Source: a virus
DNA length: 64,000 nt
IMG/VR virus record: IMGVR_UViG_3300034106_006471
Location: 24,925-88,924 of that record
Direction: 5' to 3' (one strand)
A model generated the notes under the pieces. It did no database searches and was not told where the DNA came from. It worked only from the letters and a program-made list of their open reading frames with translations. The translations under genes and the position numbers were made by a program. Below, in pieces: positions 11,801 to 20,600 of the stretch. The first letter of the stretch is position 1. Every line of letters starts with the position of its first letter.

Positions 11801-11893
11801 GGCGGAACTAGTTCAGGATATTGGAATTATGCTACAGCTAGTGATTCTTTACCCACTTGTGTTTTATCAAATAGCTTAGGTAACGGAATTTAA
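8816..11893 (+). CDS. modular virion adhesin: AcrB-docking-like segment, Pro/Thr linkers, PEP-CTERM-type extracellular domain, permuted FGE domain
   Basis: 1025-aa ORF. Thr/Pro repeats at ~10117-10320 and ~10747-11030. Domain HDESRDGPLSN...DYFNF...IQQLG..YNLNF at ~10340-10745. FGE motifs YGIHDMNGNVWEW, KGGSW, IGFR, LVTNSEYAEFLN, KPVVFVNWYNAARYCNWL, IPNGNEWQKAAFY at ~11051-11890. Confidence 0.75.
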   Translation: MMDYKMFIQAKRYGVLEAACGIQVFFEKIIPRPTKIANIINATRVNSVSTITLNRLIESVSKNQRITIAQSTNAPSDIIPIPDSFIGDFTTTSSIEVVESNNLSLTFDQNLPNTQGLSGQVMTGDLYKQSNIAPSDQYLIQFFIETKTPSSAEATVNPSSYIVGGYENFIPSTVLNVVSRYSKSVKILLKMVIKDYKSNTLLRTEYQEIIVSDASSKPCEIIYEKPIDTNFYELNKKNNWSYFHDGYLLAEFIPDKYHKDIIIKLIKKNNRLLPNRSDKDRIRIIADPIKLQDKQTTIDKIRNAVLDMYGTISNSIAIANLGNKSYDIIVENKLAKPEDFQDLIVDIVPPVTGTNIKFSEVATAENYTQDLASIPKISILKWNNYGIGELHYNSRIYDNDSILVNISGDITASLSGTISDITNGVNYLSTLYIQPTPTPSNTTTPTVTPTITATSTTTPTITPTITPTETITPSPTETITPTPTETITPTPTETITPTPTSTELPISINVVVHDESRDGPLSNSPNSPTSVFLISGNSRVVGSVGGNSDYFNFQIDSNHILNSISLVNYVSLDSIAWIGIQSGLSWTAGDNPNLMLDQQHFGSDDINNNILTNATPLSSGVYVIRIQQLGSEALYNLNFELVAAPTSTPTITPTITSTPTTTLTVTPTNTISPSLTPTNTITSTQTPTNTPTLTTTPTPTTSSMINVLPTVTPTITPTSSLTNTPTITLTTTPTITPSVSSIIFRTSNTANYNNCASWDNLSGNVTSVGTNGKGSSYGIHDMNGNVWEWTERLWNAGARGVKGGSWNSIDNRLLRTYEGIQQPTTVLNQIGFRVGSFVLNNLNNFIVISDSENINDDSGIGNVDYIYSIGRFLVTNSEYAEFLNNIAALDTFEVYDINMNGNRGGIIRSGISGSYIYTVKNNYQNKPVVFVNWYNAARYCNWLHNSKPTGNQNNSTTENGAYQLTGNTNSPNRTINAQFFIPNGNEWQKAAFYKAGGTSSGYWNYATASDSLPTCVLSNSLGNGI
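10117..10320 (+). repeat. degenerate coding repeat (TPTETITP / Thr-Pro linker)
   Basis: Imperfect 12/24-nt period encoding PTPTPSNTTTPTVTPTITA...TPTETITPSPTETITPTPTETITPTPTETITPTPT. Confidence 0.8.
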
Positions 11894-11895
11894 TT

Positions 11896-14800
11896 ATGCA
11901 ATATAATAACTATGCTCATATAGAATTAAAAATTATTTCTAAAAATAAAAATACTATCGGAAATAGTGCAAATTATAAAAATTTAGCAAAATGGAATGAT
12001 TCGTATGAAGGGAATGTTACTTCTGTAACATCTAATGGAGATCCTAGCTATTATGGATTATATGATATTAGTGGTCAGGTATATGAATGGACAGAAACTA
12101 GTAGCACAGAACATAAAGAATTAAAAATATGCAGAGGAGGATGCTACGCTGACACTAATCCAGCTTCTTTAAGTAAAAACAATAGAAAGAAATTTCATTA
12201 TGACAGTATGTTAAATGAAGGATTTTTTGGTTTTAGAGTAGCATCAATCAATACTTCTGATATTAATATATTAAATTATTTGGTACCAGTAGCTGATGAA
12301 CAAAATATTCCTGATAATTGTGCAAATAATTCTATTGGTCAAGTTAATTATACTTATGGAATAAGTAGTCGTTTAATTGATAATTCTAGATATTGCGAAT
12401 TTCTAAATTTTGTAGATCCAGAAGGATCCAATAACTATCAGTTATATGATGAAAGAATGGGATCAAGTCCAATAGGAGGAATTTTATATATAAAATGTAA
12501 TGAGATCGGGAATAAGTATATTGTGAAAAGTATGATGACAAATAAACCAGTAACTTTTATTAAATGGAAAATGGCAGCAAGATATATTAACTGGTTAAAC
12601 AATGATTTATCCTCTATAAATCTTGATAATGGAACATATAATTTATTATCAGACAATATAGTGCGTAGTCCTGATGCTAAATATTTTTTACCAAGTGAAG
12701 ATGAATGGTACAAAGCGGCCTACTATGATCCTAATAAGAATGGACCAAATAAGCCAGGATATTGGAATTATGGAACAAAAAGTGATAATGACCCTTTAGC
12801 TATTCTGTGTAATGACTACGGAGATCCTACAGGGATAGAAGGTCTTCAGGACTCTGTTAAAACTTTTCCTATATTTGTTAATAAAAATTATGATATATCT
12901 AAAGATAATCTATGTCCCAGTATAAGTATTTCTGGACAAAATATTATACCATCAGGACATATCCATACTGTAAATAGTACAATTACAAATTTAAAGTATG
13001 GTATGGCTTACTCTTATAATTTTGCCTCGTCTTTTGCTAATTGGCCATGCAAAATTACCCCATTATCAGGAATTTTTACAGCATATGGGGACACTCAAGA
13101 GATAAATGCTATTTTAGAATTTTGTCCTAAAAATTATGATGATATAACTATTTGTAATAGTAATTTAGCCTACCATAATGTTAATGAAAAAACCAATAAT
13201 AGTTTAATTAATTTAGAACTTAAAGTTGTTAGTAATAATTGTATTGATGGATCTAGGTCCAACCTATTGATAGAGTCTAGTGGATTACCATCTATTGTTT
13301 CTAGGAATAAATATCTTAATATTAAATTTTTAGATTCTGAAGATAATACAATTACAGTTTCAGGTAACTTATGCTGTGAACCAATACCTATAGTAGTTAG
13401 TATGAGTGGACATAAACCAGGAGATCTATATACTTATGAATTATCATCATCCTCTCCTAGTGTTAAATTAATTCCTCATACAGGAATAGTTTCTTTTGGT
13501 AGCGGAATTGGTAAAATAACATCTTTTGCGATAGGTTTAAATAATAACGTATCGGTACTCTCGGCCAGAGTAAATAAGAAGAACAGTGCGGATATAGCTA
13601 GTTCTGATCAGGTATTATTACAATGCATAAGAGATTGCGCCAAGAGTTGCGATAATCATGCTAATTTTGACAATAAAGCTAAGTGGGGTATTTGCGTCCC
13701 AGATTGTTCTAATGTTTATAATTCTCCAGTAAGAAATTCTGCTAGTGTTACTACTGTAGGGACTAACGGAGGACCTAGTGAGTATGGAACATACGATATG
13801 GATGGTAATGTTTGGGAGGCGGTACATTCAGCAAATCTTAACGCTAATCCTGCTTCTTTTAAACTAAGAGGAGGTCATTTTGGCTCATCTCAAATAGGGA
13901 AAAATGTTAGTTCAGTATACAACAACCTAAGTGCTGATAATATTAGTTTTAGAGTAGGATCATATACCAATCCTTATAATTATGTTAATATGGTTCATGT
14001 TGCAGATATAGGAAGTTTACCATCTGGAAATAAACCTGATTCCAATGGTTTTGGTAGTGTTCCATATACATTTAAGATGAGCAAGTACCCTGTAACAAAT
14101 GATGATTATGTATCATTTCTTAATAATGTGGCATCAACAGGAATAACTTTAACTCAATCAAATTATGTTTATGATAGCGCTATGAGCGGTTGTTATGGAG
14201 GTATAAATAGAGTTCCAAATGGGAATAATTTTTCATACTCTGCTCAACCATGTATGGGTAATAAGTCTGTGAGATTTGTTAATTCATATGGTATTCTTAA
14301 ATATATTAATTGGTTGAATAATAATAAACCCAACGGATGGAATACTTCCAATAGTGGAACATATTTACTTAATTCTGATGGAGTAATAACTTCTGGAAAC
14401 AGATCTACTTGTGCCGAATATTTCTTACCTAGCGAAAATGAATGGTATAAAACAGCTTATTATAAGGGAGGAAATACTAATAATACTAATGCTAATTATT
14501 GGACTTATGCAACAAGATCTAATGTGGATCCAGAATCTGTAAGAGCTTCTGACTGCGGAGATGGTATCAAAGAAGATTGTGAACCCGAACCCATTCCAAC
14601 AACTACTGTTACTCCAACGAAAACAGAAACCCCAACAGTTACTCCAACAAGAACAGCAACCCCAACAGTTACTCCAACAAGAACAGCAACCCCAACAGTT
14701 ACTCCAACAGTAACGACAACCTCAACAGTTACTCCCACAGTAACGACAACCTCAACAGTTACTCCCACAGTAACGACAACCTCAACAGTTACTCCCACAG

Positions 14801-15642
14801 TAACGACAACCTCAACAGTTACTCCCACAGTAACGACAACCTCAACAGTTACTCCCACAGTAACGACAACCTCAACAGTTACTCCAACAGTAACGACAAC
14901 TCCAACCAATACTGTTACTCCAACTAAAACGCTAAATTGTAATAATTGTAGTAATAATCTTATATTGAATGGAGATTTTGAACAAGGATCTCTAGGAGGT
15001 CCTACGGGTATAGGAGGAACAGTAACTAGTTGGTCCCTAAGCGATTATTCTGTAATTCGCTCATTATCCTATAGTCTTTCACAAGAACCATTAAATAGAT
15101 GGATAGCCTTGGGCAAGTGTGAATTATTGGTTGTAGCTGATCAAAATCTGGTCCAAATACGAAAGGGATCTATTCAACAATCGATAAGTGGTCTTACTAC
15201 AGGACAATCGTATATTATTAATTTTAAATTAACAGGGTTTCTTTATAGTAACCCAGAACTAAGTGGACCTTATTCATCACCACCATCATGTTTACTATCG
15301 GTAATAGGAAATAACACAGTAAGTCAAAATTATACTGTTAATTCACCTTGTGGAGTAAGCACGCCGCAATCATATCAGAGTATGGGTTGGCTTGATAAAA
15401 GTTATGTCTTTACAGCAGACAGGTCATTCATAACAATCAAATTTGAAAACTCGAACTCGTGTTCTACTAATTGTGATTGTTGCATGCCCGCTATAGACTG
15501 TGTTTGTATAACACAAATAACACCAACTGCTACTCCAACTAATAGTGAAACTCCTACTACTACTCCAACTAATACTCTTACTCCATTTTTAACGCCATCA
15601 ATTACTCCAACAAATAGTTTGACTCCCACAAAAATAAATTAA
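11896..15642 (+). CDS. virion adhesin with two permuted FGE domains, Thr-rich stalk and DUF642/CBM-like domain
   Basis: FGE copies at ~11953-12830 (YGLYDISGQVYEW...FGFR...KPVTFIKW...LPSEDEWYKAAYY) and ~13651-14570 (YGTYDMDGNVWE...ISFR...YPVTNDDY...LPSENEWYKTAYY). NLILNGDFEQG...YIINFKL...YVFTAD..ITIKFE..PAIDCV at ~14956-15510 resembles galactose-binding-fold DUF642 domains. Confidence 0.75.
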   Translation: MQYNNYAHIELKIISKNKNTIGNSANYKNLAKWNDSYEGNVTSVTSNGDPSYYGLYDISGQVYEWTETSSTEHKELKICRGGCYADTNPASLSKNNRKKFHYDSMLNEGFFGFRVASINTSDINILNYLVPVADEQNIPDNCANNSIGQVNYTYGISSRLIDNSRYCEFLNFVDPEGSNNYQLYDERMGSSPIGGILYIKCNEIGNKYIVKSMMTNKPVTFIKWKMAARYINWLNNDLSSINLDNGTYNLLSDNIVRSPDAKYFLPSEDEWYKAAYYDPNKNGPNKPGYWNYGTKSDNDPLAILCNDYGDPTGIEGLQDSVKTFPIFVNKNYDISKDNLCPSISISGQNIIPSGHIHTVNSTITNLKYGMAYSYNFASSFANWPCKITPLSGIFTAYGDTQEINAILEFCPKNYDDITICNSNLAYHNVNEKTNNSLINLELKVVSNNCIDGSRSNLLIESSGLPSIVSRNKYLNIKFLDSEDNTITVSGNLCCEPIPIVVSMSGHKPGDLYTYELSSSSPSVKLIPHTGIVSFGSGIGKITSFAIGLNNNVSVLSARVNKKNSADIASSDQVLLQCIRDCAKSCDNHANFDNKAKWGICVPDCSNVYNSPVRNSASVTTVGTNGGPSEYGTYDMDGNVWEAVHSANLNANPASFKLRGGHFGSSQIGKNVSSVYNNLSADNISFRVGSYTNPYNYVNMVHVADIGSLPSGNKPDSNGFGSVPYTFKMSKYPVTNDDYVSFLNNVASTGITLTQSNYVYDSAMSGCYGGINRVPNGNNFSYSAQPCMGNKSVRFVNSYGILKYINWLNNNKPNGWNTSNSGTYLLNSDGVITSGNRSTCAEYFLPSENEWYKTAYYKGGNTNNTNANYWTYATRSNVDPESVRASDCGDGIKEDCEPEPIPTTTVTPTKTETPTVTPTRTATPTVTPTRTATPTVTPTVTTTSTVTPTVTTTSTVTPTVTTTSTVTPTVTTTSTVTPTVTTTSTVTPTVTTTSTVTPTVTTTPTNTVTPTKTLNCNNCSNNLILNGDFEQGSLGGPTGIGGTVTSWSLSDYSVIRSLSYSLSQEPLNRWIALGKCELLVVADQNLVQIRKGSIQQSISGLTTGQSYIINFKLTGFLYSNPELSGPYSSPPSCLLSVIGNNTVSQNYTVNSPCGVSTPQSYQSMGWLDKSYVFTADRSFITIKFENSNSCSTNCDCCMPAIDCVCITQITPTATPTNSETPTTTPTNTLTPFLTPSITPTNSLTPTKIN
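14605..14904 (+). repeat. 30-bp tandem repeat x10 encoding TVTPT(V/R/K)T(T/A/E)T(S/P)
   Basis: Units start at 14605, 14635, ... 14875. Five consecutive units (14725-14874) are identical acagttactcccacagtaacgacaacctca; two (14635-14694) are identical acagttactccaacaagaacagcaacccca. Confidence 0.95.
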
Positions 15643-15786
15643 AATATTATGCATTCTTCTAAAATAAATAAAAATAATATATACTATATCAGAGAAGTGA
15701 GTACAGATTTTTTGCTAAACAATAGTGATATTGTAACCATGATGATATCATAAATATACGAAGAAACCCACACAAGATTAAAAAAT

Positions 15787-17646
15787 ATGCATATTAACAA
15801 TCTACTCAATACTGATACTTTTTTAGATGATTTTTATGCATTCTCGGCTGGAAACAGACCTGTTGAGATTAAGTGGAATAATACATCTATTCACACTATA
15901 ACTGGACCAACTCCTTTTGTTGATATTTCTAGAACTTTCGAAGATAGTAGTTCTACAGTTCCTAGTATTGTTATTGATAATATTACTTTAAGTGGTAAAA
16001 TTATCAAAGAGTCTGGAGCTGGTATCTCTTATGTTATGAGCGGTATTAGTGGGTTACAAAATCTATTTAGTGGATGCCCCACATCAAAATTAGATATTAT
16101 TTGTGATTCTAATACTTTATTTAGTATAAGTGGAGCTAGAGTAAAGGATATTTCTTTTAGCAAAACAGAAGATAATTGGGTTAGAAGTGCTGATTATACT
16201 ATTTCACTAGAGCGTAGAACAGCAATTAATAGTCAGGAACAAGTAGAAGATAAATCAGAATCTTGGAGTATAGAACCACTAGATGATATAATATATACAA
16301 ATTTTACTAGATCTGTTGATGCTAAAACAGAAAATACTCCAAGTCCTTTTCGTAGTGCGGGCAGTAGTAATGCTGTTGGAGGAGGTCGTTTTGGGGGTAA
16401 TTCTTTACAAATATTTAATTTACCACAATACAGAATATCCAGAAGACTATCGGCTAAGGGAATTCCTATCGCAACAGGATCGAATTGTTCAACTAGTTCT
16501 ACTGAAGTTCTTAAAGTTGCCCTACAGTCTGCTAAAAAGTGGGTACAACAACAAAGTTCTGGTACATTTAGTGCTAGTGGTTCTATTTATTTAGTTAATC
16601 CATATGCAAATACTTGGCTATATAATCATGTTAGAACCGTAAATGCTGATGTATATAATTCTACTTACGAAATAAATGATTCTTGGCTAGCAATGCCGTC
16701 TGGCATACCATATACAGAAACTTTTACTATAGATGCTTCAACTGATGCTGAAAATAATAAAACGGTCAGAGTTGCTGGGAATATTCAAGGATTAAGCTTA
16801 ATGCCATCCGGAAACATGAACCATTCACCATTAAGCGGCACTAATTCAAATGAGATCAATTTATCTTATAGCATGAATGCTGGAACTAGTCAATCTTTAT
16901 CTTATCCAAATGCTGGGGCAGGAAATAGTCAAATAACAACTATGGATGATTTTAAATACAACAATGCTTTACAGGCTTGGATGAAAGATATTAAACCATA
17001 TCTTTATAGACGAGCATGTTCAGCAATAAATAGCGAAGACAGAACATATGAACCTATTAATAATTTGGAACCATCAAACCCTCCTCCTAATCCAATTTAT
17101 ACCAGAGAATCATTACTAAATGTTACACCAACAAGTACCAGCGAAGGACACGATCCTATTAAAGGAACTATTTCTTATAGTCACGAATTTAATAATAAGC
17201 TACAATTGATTGCAGGAACCCTTAGCGAAAATATAAGGATAAGTAATACCGCACCCACAGACAGCATACAAGAAATACAAGTAATAGGCAGAGCTTTAGG
17301 TCCTATATTATTTAGCGCAGGACGAACAAATGCTAGAAAAACAATTTCGGTGGATATTGTTGTATCTAAACCAACAGGCATAAAAGGCACATTAATGTCA
17401 GAGACTGTTTGCCCTATGTATACTGGAGGTTTTCTTTGGACAACAGTAAATCAATTAATAAGCGGAAATGCTCCATTTGCTAATAGAACAACTAGTTTTT
17501 TTGATAATGCTACAAGCCAAACAGATGGATCAGTATTTAAGGAAAGTGATAGCGAAGATTGGAGTCCTACAGATGGAAGATATAGCAGAAGCGTAAGCTG
17601 GATTTATCAGCAATGTTCAACAAATAAATTTTATTTAGATCATTAA
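15787..17646 (+). CDS. putative tail/baseplate structural protein
   Basis: 619-aa beta-rich ORF (GPTPFVDISRTF, ITLSGKI, WVRSADYTISL, GTISYSHEF, GRYSRSVSWIY) in the tail module. Function inferred from context. Confidence 0.5.
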   Translation: MHINNLLNTDTFLDDFYAFSAGNRPVEIKWNNTSIHTITGPTPFVDISRTFEDSSSTVPSIVIDNITLSGKIIKESGAGISYVMSGISGLQNLFSGCPTSKLDIICDSNTLFSISGARVKDISFSKTEDNWVRSADYTISLERRTAINSQEQVEDKSESWSIEPLDDIIYTNFTRSVDAKTENTPSPFRSAGSSNAVGGGRFGGNSLQIFNLPQYRISRRLSAKGIPIATGSNCSTSSTEVLKVALQSAKKWVQQQSSGTFSASGSIYLVNPYANTWLYNHVRTVNADVYNSTYEINDSWLAMPSGIPYTETFTIDASTDAENNKTVRVAGNIQGLSLMPSGNMNHSPLSGTNSNEINLSYSMNAGTSQSLSYPNAGAGNSQITTMDDFKYNNALQAWMKDIKPYLYRRACSAINSEDRTYEPINNLEPSNPPPNPIYTRESLLNVTPTSTSEGHDPIKGTISYSHEFNNKLQLIAGTLSENIRISNTAPTDSIQEIQVIGRALGPILFSAGRTNARKTISVDIVVSKPTGIKGTLMSETVCPMYTGGFLWTTVNQLISGNAPFANRTTSFFDNATSQTDGSVFKESDSEDWSPTDGRYSRSVSWIYQQCSTNKFYLDH

Positions 17647-17687
17647 TTAATTTAACTTTATAAAGTATAGTATAATAGAGGACAATT

Positions 17688-20600
17688 ATGCCCCAGTGCT
17701 CAAATAGCTCTAATAATATTTTAGCTCAACAAATGTTTTTAGGAGCTAGTATTAGTTCTTTTTCTTGTAATAATGGGTGGGGTGGAAGCACATCATCGTT
17801 AAATATTGAACTAGTTAATGATTTTGGATCAGCAGGAATGTGTTATGCAACAAATACAGATATTCCTGATCGAAATGTTATTGTAGTTAGTGGATCTGGG
17901 TTTGATCAGGATGATCATTTTTATACCTGTGAAGGAGACAATTGTTATGTTGATGAAAAAGGTAACGCTTATGACGAAAATGCTGGAAGCAAACAGCGTA
18001 TAATTCCTGGAAAAGTTTATCATTTTTTAGGAGCTGACGGCTTAAAGGCCAGATACTGGCGCAAACATGATCCTGGTTTTTTTGGAGATGCTACATTAAT
18101 AGATACAGAAGGAGTATACAATCCTAGTATTCGTAATAATCCATTTAAATATAATATTATAGGAGTTCCAGCTTATTTTCGTTATGGATATTTTACATTT
18201 GGAGGAATTATTCAATCTTGGGAAAAAACTCTTAATACCGGACCAGGAACATATACTGTTAATTTAGTTTCTGCTGATGATCTTCTTAGTCGTTGTTACA
18301 TGATTTTAGATAATTATATTGGATCTATTTTCAGTAAATTTACTAGCAGTACTGTTAACATACCAGGATTTAGTGCTGTTCAACCAGGAGTACCTACTAA
18401 CTATACTGGTAATATGGCAACTTTTCTTGGAAATTTAAAAGAAGGTAATATTCCTAATGTTTTTAATGTATATGGGTTTTTAGAAAACTATGGTTTTGGA
18501 GTTTCAGAAAAAAATGACCAAGGAATTCCTATATCTTTTATTATAAAATCTTTGTCTGTTCTTACATCATCTAATAATAAAGATTTGTCTAATCAAGCAG
18601 CTTTTTCTCCTTTTGGAAGAATAATAGCTCCTATTCCTTTAACAGACAATGGTAATCCTATTCCTATTGATCAAACTTTTAATAATTATGGTTTTGGTAT
18701 ATGTGATATTGTTACTAGCAATGATAACATAAATCGTTGCGAATTTATTCTTGATCTTTCAGAATTACCGGTGCCTCCCAAAGATGTTAGGTTAGACACT
18801 AGCAATACACACATTTCTGTATTAGATTTCATCAGGCAAGTTTGTGATAAGACTGGTAGAGATTTTTATACTACAATTATTAGAAAAAATAGTTTAAACG
18901 TGATAAAAATCAAAACTATCAATAGAACACAACCAGTACAGTCTAATTCTGTATCTTCTATAATCCAAAGTTTAACTAATTCAAATATTCCAACAACAGC
19001 AGCATCAGTAGGACAAGAACACAATACAGCAACACCAAAAGTTCTATACATAGGAGCTAAACAGCAAAGATTGTATCAGACTAAAAATTATTTGTTGGGA
19101 TATTTACAGTCTAGCTATGTTTATAATCCAATATCAGGAGATTTTATTAAATACAAAGATATAGGAAGCTGTAAAATCCCTTCAGCATATTCTACGAGAA
19201 ATGTTACTTTATCAGAAAAAATTTTTCAAGATAATCCAGATATATCGAATATTTTTACTCAGGAGCAAAAATTTACAGAATCCGATCCTGATCTTAGTGA
19301 TACTCTATTTTTCGATAACGACGTGTCTGACAACCCTACTGAGCCAAGAGTAGGCAATTATGATGTAACTATAAAATATGATGATAATAGTTTATCTTCT
19401 GATAGTAATATTAGATATATTCCACTAAATAAAAATAGTATTAGTCCATTTTTTGGCTATACTTTTGATCAGTCTATTGATATAGATATGTCAGATGGTA
19501 ATACTTACAGATTTATTAGGCCAGTATATTATGATATTTGGACAGGACAATTGGCTGTTAATATGTCTATCTCAGAGTTGCCCGTGTTGTCAATAGGAAG
19601 AATGCCACCCGTAGGTACATACCAACAATCTGCTGGTTTACCATCTTCTACAGGTTCTGGAGTGGTAGGAGCAGAAAATGGACAAGGAATCGCATCAGGC
19701 TCAAATCAATTGGATCCACCGTCACAAGACCAAGTTAGAATAGAAGATGATGCAATATCAACAACGCCTTCAAGAACAGTAACTCGTCCAGTTATTGATT
19801 TTATTATTACAGAAAGCGAAATGAGAGCAGCAATGAAAGGGTGGGAAAATTATTTAGCTTACTGTACCGCAAAATTAAGTTTTACCAAACCAGACTTATT
19901 TTTAATGCTTGTATATACTTATACACGTATGGGTAAGCTTATAGGTCCTACCAATCCTGTTGTTGATATTAATATTGGTAATGGAGTTCTTGGAAGTAGT
20001 TCTCAACCAGTATCAAATCTTAATGTTTCTGGGGAAGCAAAACAACCTTCCGGAAATGATCCTCCAAAATCAACATATAAACAATTGGGAATAAATTTTA
20101 ATTTGATGTTAAATCATGAATTTATTAAAGATTTGCAAATTATCTCAAATTTTATTGCACAAATAGGAGACGAATACTATGGTAAAAAATATTTGGTAAG
20201 ATTACCAACCGTTAGATCTTATAGAGATAGACAAAATCCTGATATTCAGATTCCTGCTGGGAGCAATAATATTTCTGTATATCAAGGTAGTGGAAAAATT
20301 TATTTTGATTACGAACCAGTAGATGGGGCTTGGGAGGAACATGGTAATTATATAGATGGAGAAATAGAAGTAGGAAGTGCAAATTATTATAAATTAATAG
20401 ATAATAATAATCTTATTAAGCCTCTGCTAGGATATAATGCTTCTTATAATAAGGATTTTGCTACAACAGCATGGTGTAATGTTAGTCTCGAAGATAAGAA
20501 AAAGGCTATTTTAGCTTCTATGCTTCCAACAACGCCTCTAGGAGAAGCTATAGCTTTAAGAAATAGAATAGGTCGCGCTCTCGGAGAATGTGGTACTAAA

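Noticed and set aside
11051-11890. Active formylglycine-generating enzyme as an auxiliary metabolic gene
   Set aside because: The catalytic Cys pair after the RGGS motif is absent and the domains are fused into virion proteins.
14605-14904. CRISPR array
   Set aside because: Units are contiguous, in-frame coding repeats with no unique spacers.
14505-14909. Val/Gly/Thr-rich minus-strand ORFs (also 10693-11019, 15402-15629)
   Set aside because: Antisense shadows of Thr/Pro codon repeats, which lack stops in the reverse frame.
15649-15753. 34-codon ORF MHSSKINK... in the gap before 15787
   Set aside because: Short, AT-rich, no SD or motif; cannot be distinguished from chance.
17655-17676. 12-bp palindrome ACTTTATAAAGT next to TATAAT before the 1902-aa gene
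   Set aside because: Single AT-rich instance without a properly spaced -35; insufficient support for an operator call.
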